NCBI GenBank assembly: GCA_977030845.1
Contig: OZ365112.1
Location: forward strand, 10,230,001-10,294,000
Origin: Fimbriosthenelais zetlandica
Taxonomy: Eukaryota
Reading direction: 5' to 3'
DNA: 64,000 nt
Both the position numbers and the translations under genes were made by a program. Each line of letters opens with the position of its first letter. Position 1 is the stretch's first letter. A model generated the notes under the pieces. It did no database searches and was not told the origin of the DNA. It was given only the letters and a program-made list of their open reading frames with translations. Shown here in pieces: positions 39,301 to 52,400 of the stretch.

Positions 39301-42166
39301 CAATTCATATAGTAAGCATGAATATGTGCGACACCTTCACAATACAACCCCAACCCTCAGTTAACAACATTATAGGATATACGATCATCTCAGAAAGCCA
39401 TAGTATTAACCAGTGTCAATGTTCATAAAATGGAGACACAGCGATTATCACTAAAATATTTAATGTGATATCAATCTTATATTTATAGGAATCTAATTGA
39501 ACGATTTTAAATAGTTCCGCCGTTCATCTATTTCTCAGTGCTTTATCATTATTCTTCAGTCATCAACAGGGAGACGAGCTATTGTTCATGAAAAAAATTA
39601 TTTTCTGGTAAATATATCATTGACTAAACAGATTCTCAGGCAATTTAACTGAGACATATTTTTCTTTCAAATAAGTTATTTCGGCAACCTATTGTCAGAC
39701 GCCATCAGCTAAATTTCAAAAGCTAATTGTTATATATAAATCTGGCATTTAAGAAGAATAAAAAGATTATTATGGGGCTGATATCTGTAGAAACAAACCA
39801 CCATTGCCTCTAACCATTAGATAATGAAGGCCTGTTCAATCATTTAGGAGTTCCTGTGAAACCGTTCCCTTTATTTTCATGAAGAACCTTTCCAAAGCTG
39901 TAGTTTCCTCGAGGAAAATACCTCATTAGACACGATGCACTTGATGCTCCTTCGTTCCCGGAAAGATACGCACCACAGAGACTCATAGATGGGGTATACA
40001 AGACAGGAAAAAGTCACCCAATAGCTTATGACACTGTAGGGAAGGAACAGTGGCTGACATGACTGGGTATCAAATTTTACATTAAAACAAAATGAATACA
40101 CCGAGATGGGAGAAGGTATCTACAGATGCTTCCCAGCGCTGTAATATCGCGGCCTTGTGAAGGAATGCCGATCTTAATGGCTTCCTCGGTTCATAATAAA
40201 TTGCTCCAAACAAAAAACTGACTGGCTGGCTTGAAAAGCACCCATGGGTCCAAAGACAAATGTTTTCTTAACGAGTAAAGAAGGGTCAAGAAGTCTATGG
40301 TAATGTAAAATGAATGGCTACCTAGATATCAACTTCAGAAGATCTGGTTACTGTAACTCCTACACAAAGCTGATTACCTCCCATTAATTGTAAAGCAATA
40401 GAAAATGTTAATCAGATTCCAAGCATTCCCATGTGAAAGGACATTTAATGAAGTATTTTCATCACAGTTTGATACTCTCTCATGTCATGGTAAGAAATTA
40501 TCCAACAAAGACAAGGAGAGTAAACATGAGAGGTGAGTACTTGACAGGGCCTGGAATAAGACAGACCGGATATGCCGGAAGGCTGTGTGTTTTTACACAA
40601 ATCAAGCATTCCCCTGTGTAATTAAGATCAACGAGCCGCCTGTCAAAAAAATCTACACCTGCAAAATTCTCACATTACTCACTGTTCACAGGCAAATACT
40701 ATTCCAGGAAAGTAAACAACGCTCACCTGGAATCAGATGGAGAAATAGCAATAGAGACTACTTAACTAGAGTAAAATATCCCAAACTTTGGCTGCCTCGA
40801 TTCTGATTCCCACCATTTAATTTACTAAGGTCAGACTTTATAATATTATTAATACACAACTTTTTGTGTGGGAGAGAGGACATGTTATGTACAGTACAGG
40901 GAAACTATTCCACGCGACACTGACCAGAAGAAGGGAGACCTGTTGTTGGAGAGGGCAAGAGGTGGGATACTAGTATATCTACATATTACCAGAGGGGGGT
41001 ACAGGAAGTGTATATTCTCTCAGATATCTCAGTATGAAAATGAAGTACTACATAGATTATATACTTAATAAATAATCCAAAATACATCTCAAAATACAAC
41101 GAATTTGTTCATGTTTTCTATTCAACTGTGGGGTGCAGCCAGAACCTGGCTCGGGGGAATATTCCTACCATCGTCTCCGAGACCTCTAGTTTTTTTTTTA
41201 ATTAATCATTATCTATTACATCATGACATAGTTCATTTGAACAACATATTTTTTTTTCATCCTCATCAATTTATTTGAGTGGGTGGTGGGATTTCCGGGA
41301 AACAAACCTCCTTGGTATCACCCTTGCAACTGCCCTTCTATTTACATTTGCATGTCCTTCAGAGATGAGAGCCTTCCTTCCCACACCCACCTTGCACCTT
41401 GGAAAATCCCAGAGTAATGGAGGTATTTGAGGAGAGACATCATCTGGAAAGCATTCTATCTATTAGTCTGGCCAAGAAAAATTAGTAGGAAGCATTCAAT
41501 CATACCCTAGAAACAGGAACTCAAACGTGATGACTCAAAATGTTACATGGCATATGCCAATACATGAATTCTCCAGAGTAAATATTTTTGAATATTTTTT
41601 TTCTCCAATAATAACTACAATATGTATATTCTTAAGAAATAATAAATTTAATATTTGAACACTCCCCGACTCATATTACTAGGTACTTATATTTAGGATT
41701 TAGCACATTTTTGCACATTTCATATTATTTATATTTTCTTTCAAATATATTAATCATTATGATAATTTATTTCGTGATTAAATGTTGAATTTTCATTTAA
41801 TTAATCTTTATGTTTTTTTATGGTAATCGCAGCTTTTTGTAGCAATGAGTGCTTTCTAAGCATGCAAATGCTGCTTACACTTCCATTAGGGAGTAATTAT
41901 GGAGTGGAAAGATCTCATTGATAACCATCTCCATCACAATTTCTTCGCCTCCATCCTGTACATTGATGCATTGCTGTAAAAAGGTCGAGTGAAATGTGCA
42001 TATTTTATCTTACCAGCCTACTCCTACTTCTTGTTGAATTATCGACAACTTAATAATGTAAGTAATCGTTAATTGCGATTACGATTACCATTAGGACCAG
42101 CTGCAAACTATTAGAGAGGTGGTCGTGTTATTGCGATTGAAATGTACACCCCTGCAAAAAATTGCA

Positions 42167-42317
42167 GCGAGCGAGATCAAGACCTGGAGCCTGTTTCAAA
42201 ACGAATATTCGTCATAGACTTACCATTGCTAATATTCCCTTTGAGACAGGCCCCTTGAACCCATTTCAAAACGGTCATAATATTCCTTGAAACGGGGCTG
42301 GTCTTCCTGTCGCTCGC
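42167..42317. repeat. Degenerate inverted repeat (possible old MITE)
   Basis: GCGAGCGA..AAGACC..GTTTCAA..GAATATT on the left is mirrored by AATATTCC.TTGAAAC..GGTCTT..TCGCTCGC on the right; internal repeats of TTTCAAAACG and AATATTCC. Confidence 0.55.
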
Positions 42318-42939
42318 GAAACTTATTTTTCTCATGAACAGCTTGCTGAATCTGGCGAGCAATGGCATAATGGCGCTTTCCACTAAGTCTATGGGGCTTC
42401 AAATAATACAGAGTAGCTATAGCTTTCTTACATGCACTGTTGTCTGGAGGAAGATTGAGATAACAAAGTGTCTAAATGACCTGGCAGAAGAATCTTCCTC
42501 CCATCTCATCCTCGCACTCTCTGCCAATACAGAGGCAAACGCCTCGTAACAAGTGCCCACTACTTTTAAGTGGTTGGTCTACAGCCAAAATGACCAAACT
42601 GTCTATAGGATTTCGGTTTTCCACTAATTTATGTAAAAGAAAAGCCGAACATACTTGCTGAAAGTAGCAATTATTTCTGGTAACATTTGACTAAGTAAAA
42701 ATATAAATCTAAAGAGGAAAAGTGGAGATTCAGGTTTAGTGGCAATGCAATCTTATGTTCAGAATTATTTTAAGGCATATGTAGACTAAACCCTCCAGCA
42801 TTAATCAACATAATAACCTATTGAGAGCAGTTTCTAATTACTCTACTCACATATGATATAGACTCAGGAGTGAGTTGATAGCATTTGCCTGAGGCAGTCT
42901 ATGGGCCTGGATATCCAGAGTTGCTTTTTCATGCTCACC

Positions 42940-43140
42940 TGTGAGAGTGGGTAGAGTGAGTTAGGGGGTGAGTGAGTACGTCTAGGGGAGTGAGTGAGCA
43001 GGTGAGTAAGTGTAGGGGAGTGGGTGAGTGACTCAGTGTCAGCCAGTCAGTCATATGTGAATGACAGAGTGAGTTGCTGAGTGAATGATTGAGTGACTGG
43101 CAACACCAGTCAGTCAGTCAACCCCACTGGGGAGTCAACT
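42940..43140. repeat. Degenerate (GAGT)n/(CAGT)n tetranucleotide repeat
   Basis: Many GTGAGT/GAGT and CAGT units. Confidence 0.75.
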
Positions 43141-46100
43141 GACAAGCTAAAAAATTGTAATATCAAGTAGGAAGCTTAAAAAGCTTCATGGCCGGCCCCT
43201 CCCTGACTCGCCAGTATGTCACGGTGACATCCTGCTGTCACAGAGAGAGGCCTCGCTCCTCATTACCACAGGCTTTAATGACATATAAACACAGCCTCGT
43301 GAAAACCTCCACAGGCAATTTTATAGTCCTTACATTTATTCTCATTTGGTTTAACAACTCATTGCTTTGGTACTTTTTGATACATTGTCTGATAGAAAAT
43401 ACTTACTGCGGAATATGATAATCGCGGAGAGTATTTCAATGTAATATATAACTGAGATTCAATATGGATAGTATTGTCTATATTAATTATTTATTTTCCC
43501 CCAAAGTCATCTTCGAATATGTAATGCCAATTTTTTAATTGTAAAGCATTTCAAGGTTACTGTCCTAATATAATTATGGACAGTATTGATTAATTGGTGT
43601 CATAAAATGTGGAAAACATTTCTGGAATAAGTCATGTTCTCTTCCGAGTATGTAATCTGGCTTTTTCCCTGATTTAAACCCACCTTGCCCTCGCCTCCCC
43701 ACTCACCTCCCCACCCAGGCTCCCTGAATCCCATCTCTATCCCCACTCATTCTCAATTCCCCGCTTCAGTCAATCCCGTCTTTGTCACGCTCAGATCATG
43801 TCCGTGACATGGAACAAGCATCTGCACTTCACACATCAACAGCTTTATAAGATGTGGCACAAGAGAGGAAAACAATCTCTAAATTTCATTCATTTCCTCC
43901 GGCAATATACCCCAGTAAATTATCGAGCTATAGAAAAGGGAGTCCCTAAAGAAATACCCACCTTCCATATACCGCAATGGTAGGGTTTTCTCTTCTACAA
44001 TACGCCCTATATTGAGAATTTTGTATTACTCATCAAAGTTTTCCATATATCATATATTTTAGCAATACCTTAACGTCGACAAGGTGCACCATATGTTTGC
44101 AATATTATAAAGATAAACAACTAAAATTTCGAGCTGAGAACCTCCGAAACACTTAATATAGCTGATTTTTCAGACGTTGTAATTGCCCAAAGTGTGTGGG
44201 GGTGGTGTCTCGAACTCTTGACTGGGTAGTGGTGCCACAAGAAAATTTCAGTGACTTGCCATTTTCGAGAGTTGCCCATATTATATGGCCTATCTGCGAA
44301 TGGTGGGTCTGATAAGGCAGTTGAGGCCATTGAAAATTCAGCCACATGCACACATAGGGCTAACCACAAAACAATCGCAACACTCGCGGGACAATCGCAA
44401 AAGCTGCAAGAATTATAAGCCACGACATTGCAAGTGGAGCTGCCCTATATCTTCAACGGCAAGGGCAGTGAGTCCCACAAGAAAATTGTAATGAAAAGTC
44501 TGAATCATCACAAGGCAATAATCCCTATAGTGGAGTTAGCCTATTACTAACAGTATTGCGTGCAGTAGGACCATTGCAGGAGGACCTTTCATGTCGGAGG
44601 TGGTGTTGGATGAGTTGGGGTGTTACACCACTGCTGTATCTCCCCCACAGACCCCACCAACAAAGGCCTGATGAGGGCAATTCCACATACGAGTGTCCAG
44701 GGGCCGCATAGTGGACCTATTTCCTTTAATCCTTTTAATGAAATCTACATTTACTACTCAAGCGAGCAACCAAACCGAAATCAAATATGAATACTTTTCA
44801 GCAACGCTTTTGCTTTCTAATTTGACAATGGACTTTTTTTCTGGAACTATTGCTATAGGATATAAATCTACATTGAATTGTAGCTAGGTGGAATGATGAA
44901 TGAACTAGATTAACGTTTAATTTACCTCAGGCATCAAGCAGCTTATAAATACAAAAGGAAATATTTCCACGGCTGCAATTCTCCACTGTGGCTTGGAAGG
45001 AGCATCCATTCGCTCTCTCTTCACAAATCCCCAAGGCTAGAGACATACAAGCGCCAGAGGGGATGGCATTTTTGTGGGGCTATTAGCAGCTGACGAGAGC
45101 GCTATGACCAAATATAGCTCTGAAAACAAATGTTGAAAGCATCGTTTGTGAGAAGGGAGGGAATGATGCCAGCCTTGCACGCCACAGAGCCTCCAGGGGC
45201 ACGGAGTGGGTCAGGCGGGGGAGGCAGCTAATATGTTCCAGACTGCACTTTTTTGTTAATTTTCTTCCTCTGAAAGCTTTTATAGCCACTTTTTCATGTG
45301 AAAGGCTTCAAATTTACGTCTTTTGTTTTTGTAATCAGCAGGACATGGATTCGGGGCTGTGGGCATGGATGGGAGAGACCTCTTAACCTCTATTAATTTT
45401 TTATCCATTTGCAAATTAAGCCAGTGGTGAAATGGACAATTAATGCTCCCACAAATTTCCAGCCGTCAGGATTTCTGTCCATTGAAAACAAGGTTAAAGC
45501 TGAATGTTTCAGAATCCCCAATGATGCGGTGCAAGACGAATTAGGAGTTTCCACAACAGATGGATTGGACAGTCAGCCGAGAAAAAAACAAACCAATTTT
45601 TTAATACGGACCCTCGAAGATTAACATTGAACACATGCATGGATTAATCAAGAAATCTGTGCTTATTGGCACAATGTAAATTGTCATGTTGGACATGCTG
45701 AAAAGTGTTTGATTAAACCTGGTCCATGAATCTTTGATTAACATTTTTTTAATGTTTAAAACTGCAGATACTCAAGATAAGTGGTTTTAGCAGCTTACGA
45801 CCGAGACAAATTTATGCTCAATCGAATTTTTGCATACTGAGAAAAGGATGGCATTGTTTGGGAAAATAATATTCTATTATCTGGGGTGACTATTGAATAA
45901 CTCCATCCTCTGCATTGTCCAGGCCATTGAGTTACTCATGCATTGGCGTTCTGCGAAATGATGTGATCCACCGTTGTCCATCTATAGATATAATGTTTCA
46001 TATTGTTTAAATATAATATAGTAAATGCTGACGAATGAGGTGTATAGGTAGGTGTAAATGCCCACGACTCATCAGTCTGAGCTTATTGGGAGCAGATAGG

Positions 46101-47129
46101 AGAGCAACTCGGCCTTTGGAGGATAATAATAATGATCTGGTCCGCACACCACCACCACTGTTCCACCACCGCCACCCTTGCCTCATGGACTCGCCGGTTA
46201 GAACACGAGTGTCAGAGTGTGATATTCCCAATGGGACTCTCTCCCATGACAGACAATATATGACGCCCTGCATGCAAACCCATCATATGATCCAGTGACT
46301 GAATGAAAATACATGGCCATCCAGCCGCCCTTAAATCTCCACCCGGGGAAGGGAAAATTTTAAATATGTGCCATGGTGCATCTTTTAATATTATTTCATA
46401 TTAACTGTCTTGCCACTGGGTTAATTGTCATTGTCAGATTATCAGGGGTTGCCCAGCATCTAATTGCTTCTGCTCCAATGTACAGCACTGCATGGCCTAT
46501 GATGGGATAACATCATAGTCATTGACCAGTATTTTTTTATTCTGCCTCCCCCAAACATGGAATCTGAGAGAAATCAAGACAATCACATGATGACCTTCAT
46601 GTATGATTAAAATCTAATCAAGAAATTGGAAAGGTCTTGATTAAAATTGATGAATCTGGGTACCCATTTCAGTGATGGGTAGAAGGAAGTTTGGTTTAGC
46701 CTAATGTATAAGTGTGGATGTAACAGTGGGAATGAGAAGGCAGTTTCAGTATGGTGATACATTCTTATATATGTCCTTGATGGGATGTCTACCTATTACT
46801 CATACTGTCAATAAGCCCGCATCAGACCGGCTCTCAGTTGGAAAGATTATCAAGATGAATCTAAGTGATATCATATAGGCCTACCTGCTGCGGCTGAGAG
46901 CAAGGTATGTCCATGGCGGGAAGAGCCTATATATAGAAGACATTCTGAGTTTATCATTATAGCTCAGCCAGACACACTACAGAACAAAGGCACATACAGG
47001 GGGTACAATTAGTGACAATTAATCTGTGATGTGTTTCCAAGGCTCCCCCATGAACTGCTTATTTAGATGCAGCCATAAAACAGCGAGAGAGAAAGGGAAG
47101 TGGGGAGCGGAGCAAATAAAGGCCGGGGG

Positions 47130-47174
47130 AAAATGGCGGCCAGGACAAGATGAAAGCCCTCACCTGCGCATGCT
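47130..47174. promoter_or_regulatory. YY1 + E-box + NRF1-like motif module
   Basis: AAAATGGCGGC at 47130-47140, CACCTG at 47161-47166, TGCGCATGCT at 47165-47174. Confidence 0.4.
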
Positions 47175-47240
47175 CAGATGTTTACCCAGTGATTTACAAT
47201 CATAAACAATTCATGATACACCGCACTCACAAGTCATCTC

Positions 47241-47400
47241 TTGGTGGCTAAGCGGGATCGACCATGTCGGTTTTCAGGGTGCTTTGTCTTGTGATTAAGA
47301 CACAGTGGGTTCGGGGAGCAGGTAAGCCGAGGTGCTCCCTAGATACTAGAGCTGCTCTGATATGACCAGCATGGTGGCTGTAAAACATCCCACCCCAGGG
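47241..47400 (+). mobile_element. Candidate tRNA-derived SINE (degraded)
   Basis: A-box-like TGGCTAAGCGG (47245-47255), hairpin TGTCTT-GTGATT-AAGACA, partial B-box GGTTCG (47308-47313). Confidence 0.35.
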
Positions 47401-50400
47401 GGTTAAAGGTAAGATGGCATCTTAGAGGGGAAAAACTACCATAATTTGGTTGGTTATCTCATTATTTAGACGCTAAGCTTGGCTCGAGGACATTGACATC
47501 AGGCCCTGGGATCAAGAACAGAAATCTATACTTATAGCAGTCAAGATATTCGGTTACAGGATCAAGTTTTATTCTATTCAATTAAAATGCCTTCACCAGG
47601 CATTCACATATTCCTGCAATGCCTTTTCGACGATTCTCGCTAGAAAATATGGCAGAAAACTAATCGGGCTTGAGAGGAGAGAACGGAGGTCATATAGAGA
47701 TTTTGAGCTTGCTAAGAGACTAAGTAATTGGTGTACGGCAAGGGAAATAAATATCAGATTTGTAACTCAAAGGAGGATTTCGTAGACAAAAAGATTGATA
47801 ATGATCGTGAAAATGCATAAGATTCTCAAATCAAATCAATCGGAGTATACATTTCAATGGGTATTAGAATGAAAATTTGAATGGGAAAATGTTGAAAGGA
47901 GGTTGATATCCAAGCTGAAAGCAGGTCAATTTGCGGTCACTCAGAATTACCACTTGACCACCAGCTCTAAATATACCACCATCTTTGGTGAAGAAGTCAA
48001 TGGGCGCGACCCCGGAGCTGGCTAATAATTGGCAGCAGTAAGCTAGCTTTCGTTTTCTCTGCCTCATTAGCCGACACAAATAACACATCTACAGTAAGAA
48101 AAAGACAAAATCCTCCCTGTTTGAAGCAAAGTCATTAAGTGTAATGGAGAAGGAAAGAGAGAGGCAGTGGAGCGACTGAGGGAGGGAAAGAGAGGTCCAG
48201 GCCGAGAGAAAGAGGACCTGAGACCAAGAGAAAGAGGGAGACGGATCAAATGAACGAGTATGAAGAAAAGGATGCATAATTTTTAGAATTTTGGGGAAAG
48301 ATGAGTAATGGTTGCTGGTCAAAACCATGGACCATACACGTACATTCTCTTATTTCCAGTTTGCCATATGCCAGTATAAGTTTTGGATGGCAAAAAAGAC
48401 ATACCCTGATTAAAGAGGTACATGTATTTACCATGAACTATTTACCATTTGGATCATACATTTGCAAATAGAACCTACAGTGAATTTTAAACCAGCGATT
48501 GCTGTGCTTTTAACAGCAAAGTTCTTAAAGCCTTGGTGAGAATCCACGTCTTGTAGGCTACATTTAAGTGTTCCATCAATACCAGTATGTTTTTTTCTCT
48601 AGCGGGCGGCATGAGAAACTGCAGCAAATTACCATCAGTCCACCCCAGCTGGAAATTGACTGATATCACGAACAAAAGCACATCAAAAAACAGATCAGTA
48701 ATTCACGGAGATTCATATAAACGAAGGGGAAAAACAAACAACTTGGTTTTTCCTGGAGTGATCTATTGGAATAATTAATATATGTCAATCAGTATTCGTG
48801 ATAGGACACAATCATTATAAACAGAGATGTAAATCTTTCATGTGATTAACACCTAATAGCCCCAAGCAAGCAAAAAGACTGACGTTGTGGGGGCACACAA
48901 AATAGGTAACTCGTAGGTGAGCAATAGATTGTTCACGATGTTTCTAGTTAAGTCATTCTGGAGGCGCTAAATACATTCTACTATGTCGGATGGAGATTTT
49001 CTTAGTTTCGAAATGAGCCGGAAATTTAAAACTAGATTTGCTATATAGTAAGAGGTTTGCATGCATTAAGTTGCAAAATTCTTTCTCTTCAGAGCAGACT
49101 TATAATGGTTGAATACTGGAGCGAGTGGACTCAGCCATGATGTGGAGAATGACCTTTCTCACATCTTATTAATGGTGTTGTTTGTGTCCAGATCATTACC
49201 AGATACTGCTATCCTTAGTACAAACCATGGATGTAGGGGAGAGGGGAGAGAGACAGAGCAGGAACCCCAAGCTTATTAATACAGCTGGTATTTAATAGAT
49301 GCAAATCTGAAAAGATTTCACATGGGAAAAAGGTACATTCTTTTGTATTTTTCAATGCATCAAAATAGACAAACTTTGAACATTGTGTAAAAAGGTAGGT
49401 TGGGCATTGTAAGAGGTGTTTCAAGGCTAGAACAACTGAAGCTAGAGTCAGTAAATGAAAGAGGTTCAACATACGCTGGAGGTTGAGGAACCATAGATTC
49501 TTATTGGGTAGGAAACCTGTGGAGAGTCATAGATTTCACAGTGGAAGTCGCCTGTCCCCTTAGTTTAACTTAAAGCTGTGAAGACAAGGAATGTTCATGG
49601 GGTGACTCAACTGTCTCCCCCTCAGGAATTAACCGTTTTTCATGGATTCCCTTCCATGGAGGGCGAAAAACGGTTGTTATTGAGTCACACATTCCAATTA
49701 TTAAAGCAAATGAGAGGAAGAAGCCTGTGTCCAAACAAGTGTTGCCACTCTCTATACTCTCCTCCGTGGATCTTCTTACTTTCCTTCCCCTTCCTTGTCC
49801 AAGACCATCTTCACCTCCATCTCCACCCTCCTCTGCTGTGAACAGAGCTAACAATCTCCCTCACAGCACCAGGTTCAAGAGGAGGATGCCCTTACAGAGA
49901 GGTGGTGGATACTAGAAGCTTGTAGGAGGAGGACATGGCTTTGGTCCTTGCCGCCTCTTTAGTCAATTCAAGATGGTGAATTGAGTGGTTGGACAGGGGA
50001 GTTGCAATGTGCGGGGGTAACAATACTAGGCCCTATAGGCATGTGTCCAGGCCTGAGGCCCAAGTGACCAATATAATACTTTACTACAACAAAAATTCAG
50101 TCCTGAGACCTGAGACCCAGTCTTTCCTACAATTCACTTGCCAGCATTCATATTATCAACGAGTGGAAAATAAAAGTCATGTAGAGCAACACAATGTCAT
50201 TGAGGCTGCAAGGTGATGAGTTCCTGTTATTGGTGCTCTCCGTAAACACAGATAATATTGCTTTTTCAATGGCAGCTACTTCATACGCGCCAGAATCAGT
50301 TGTTAATTTCGAATTTATAACAGTTGAAACTGGCGCTTTCAATAATGCAGCCCCGCCGAGTGATCTCTGTTCCTCTCCACCACCTTCCTTGGTCCCTTGT

Positions 50401-51039
50401 CCCCTCCAGTGAATGGAGCCAGGATTTTGCTGAATTAGCTCTTTATTTTTACTTCATTATGATTTTTATCTCTTTTCCCTTTTAAAAAATCCTTCAAAGT
50501 GGCAAGGGCGTCACAAATGGAAACAATGACCCAGTGCGTGCAAAAAGAGCATGTAATTTGTTACCTTGCTTCATTGCATTGTCATAATTACCGTGTTTTG
50601 GAGGCTTGAAATACCGTAGGAAGGTGATATATTTCAACTTCAAAGTTTACCACAACTTCTAATAGAAAACACTTCGGAAATATAAGCGACGAGATGGAAT
50701 AAGGGACTATTTTTGGACGATTTGTAATATGTACTACCAGGGTACTTTTTAAATTGAATTCCGTGTCGTGGACTCTTTCAAGAAACGATCCAAAGACATC
50801 TTTTAATAATTATGTTGATTCCAGACAATAAATATTTTTCACCAAGAATGAAGTCTAGTTCATGCATATAAGTTATATTTTAGAAAATGAAGGAAAGAAT
50901 AAGAGTGTGGAAGAGGAAATATCACAAGGATGGTTATATTCTAATTGTGCCATATTTTAGACATTGGTGCCAGTATTTCTTTCATAATATGGCGGACATT
51001 CAGCTTGTAGTGTGATCTACATGAGTGTGGCCTCAGTCC

Positions 51040-51240
51040 TCATATCCCTCGGAGGACTGGACAGGACCAAATAACACCATGTTGTACATGCTTCCTCAAC
51101 AAAGCCAACCAAGCAGCAAGATGTGTTATTACGCCAGGTCCTGGTGCCCTCAGGGAACCGTCAGTGTAAACCTTCCCAACCTGCCCCTGGGGAAGAGAGA
51201 GATTCCATCCACATCCATATGTTCCCTCCTTTATACCCAC
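51040..51240 (-). mobile_element. Possible RNase H relic of a retroelement
   Basis: KVYTDGSLRAPGPGV (VYTDGS at 51154-51171) resembles the first catalytic motif [IV]YTDGS...G.GV; the rest is unrecognisable. Confidence 0.3.
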
Positions 51241-51934
51241 TCACACCGTCCTTAATGTGTCTGAAAATGTCATGGTCCCCATGCCAACAGCCAATTCCCC
51301 CACTTATCTGGCACGTTAGGTCATATTATTGGCGTAGGAAATGTTCCCTTCTTAATTTTACTGATTTGGAACAAATTCTTATCCACAATCTGTTTTAAGT
51401 TTAGGACAGCAGCAGTTTCCATCCCGGTGTTTTTGCCACTTTAATTCAAATGTTTTAGCACCGGGAAGCTTCATTTCCAAATGGAACCCAGACTTCAGTT
51501 CAGTTATAAGAGTAGTATACTGAAATGGATGCACTTCTCTGGTTATAAAGTTGAAGCCCACCTTTTCCAGGTTTAAAACAGGTTCCCGTATCATTATAAT
51601 ATCAGGGGTTTGACCTGGGCATTAATCAAGGCACGCCAATGTAATAATCGCAATGATTTTACATAATGCCTGAATCTGCACTCTAGCAAGGATTTCATTA
51701 CATTTATGACAAGCTCTGCCTTCTCAGAAAGCGTCTGCTCATTAGGTATTAAACTAACAGGTAACAAGGAAGGTACATTAAAATAACAAGATAAATGTAC
51801 CGACTAATTATCCATAATCCAGGGACCGCAGACATATGAAGCCATTTTCTACAGGATACATTCTCTACTTTATATCTATTCGTCTGATGGAATGGAAATA
51901 TCCAACAAACACCGTCCTTAATTCCCTTAAATGA

Positions 51935-52400
51935 GTGAATTCCAGAGTTAAAACGTTTGGACAGACGTGGAATTCTGAGAAATCTCCAACGAGTCTGAAA
52001 GAAATGCGTCGTACTTTTTACAAGAGGTGCTGGATTTGTGCTGGCAGGATGATTACAAAGATGGTTGAAGGAGATGAAACATACAAACGTTGGAGAAATG
52101 CTGTAATGTCTGTTTTTTAAAAAGGAGATAAGCTATAACATAACAGGATGTCCGCTCCCATAGCAACAGGGCGGGAGGAATGTCATATACGTCTGTTCCA
52201 TATTCAGGACACTCAGGACATGGAAACAGTTGATGACTCGATTGCTTTCATTATTGGAACAGCAAATATTTATGGGGAGTCTTGTTTTTAGAGGCTGCTG
52301 TCCGAATAAATAATATTCAGGTTTAATCAAGAACCAATAATGTTCAGTGTGAAATGCCTTCAATGCACCAGCAGTCTTCAATACTTTCTTCTTCACCATC
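51935..52400 (+). mobile_element. Degraded non-LTR retrotransposon RT (N-terminal RT domains)
   Basis: WRNAVMSVF*KGDK resembles W..A.I.P.FKKGD, with downstream FRG and AF(N/D) relics in the expected order. Confidence 0.45.

Noticed and set aside
42940-43140. Array of GTGAGT splice-donor decoys
   Set aside because: Explained by a degenerate (GAGT)n microsatellite, and it is on the strand opposite to Cav3.
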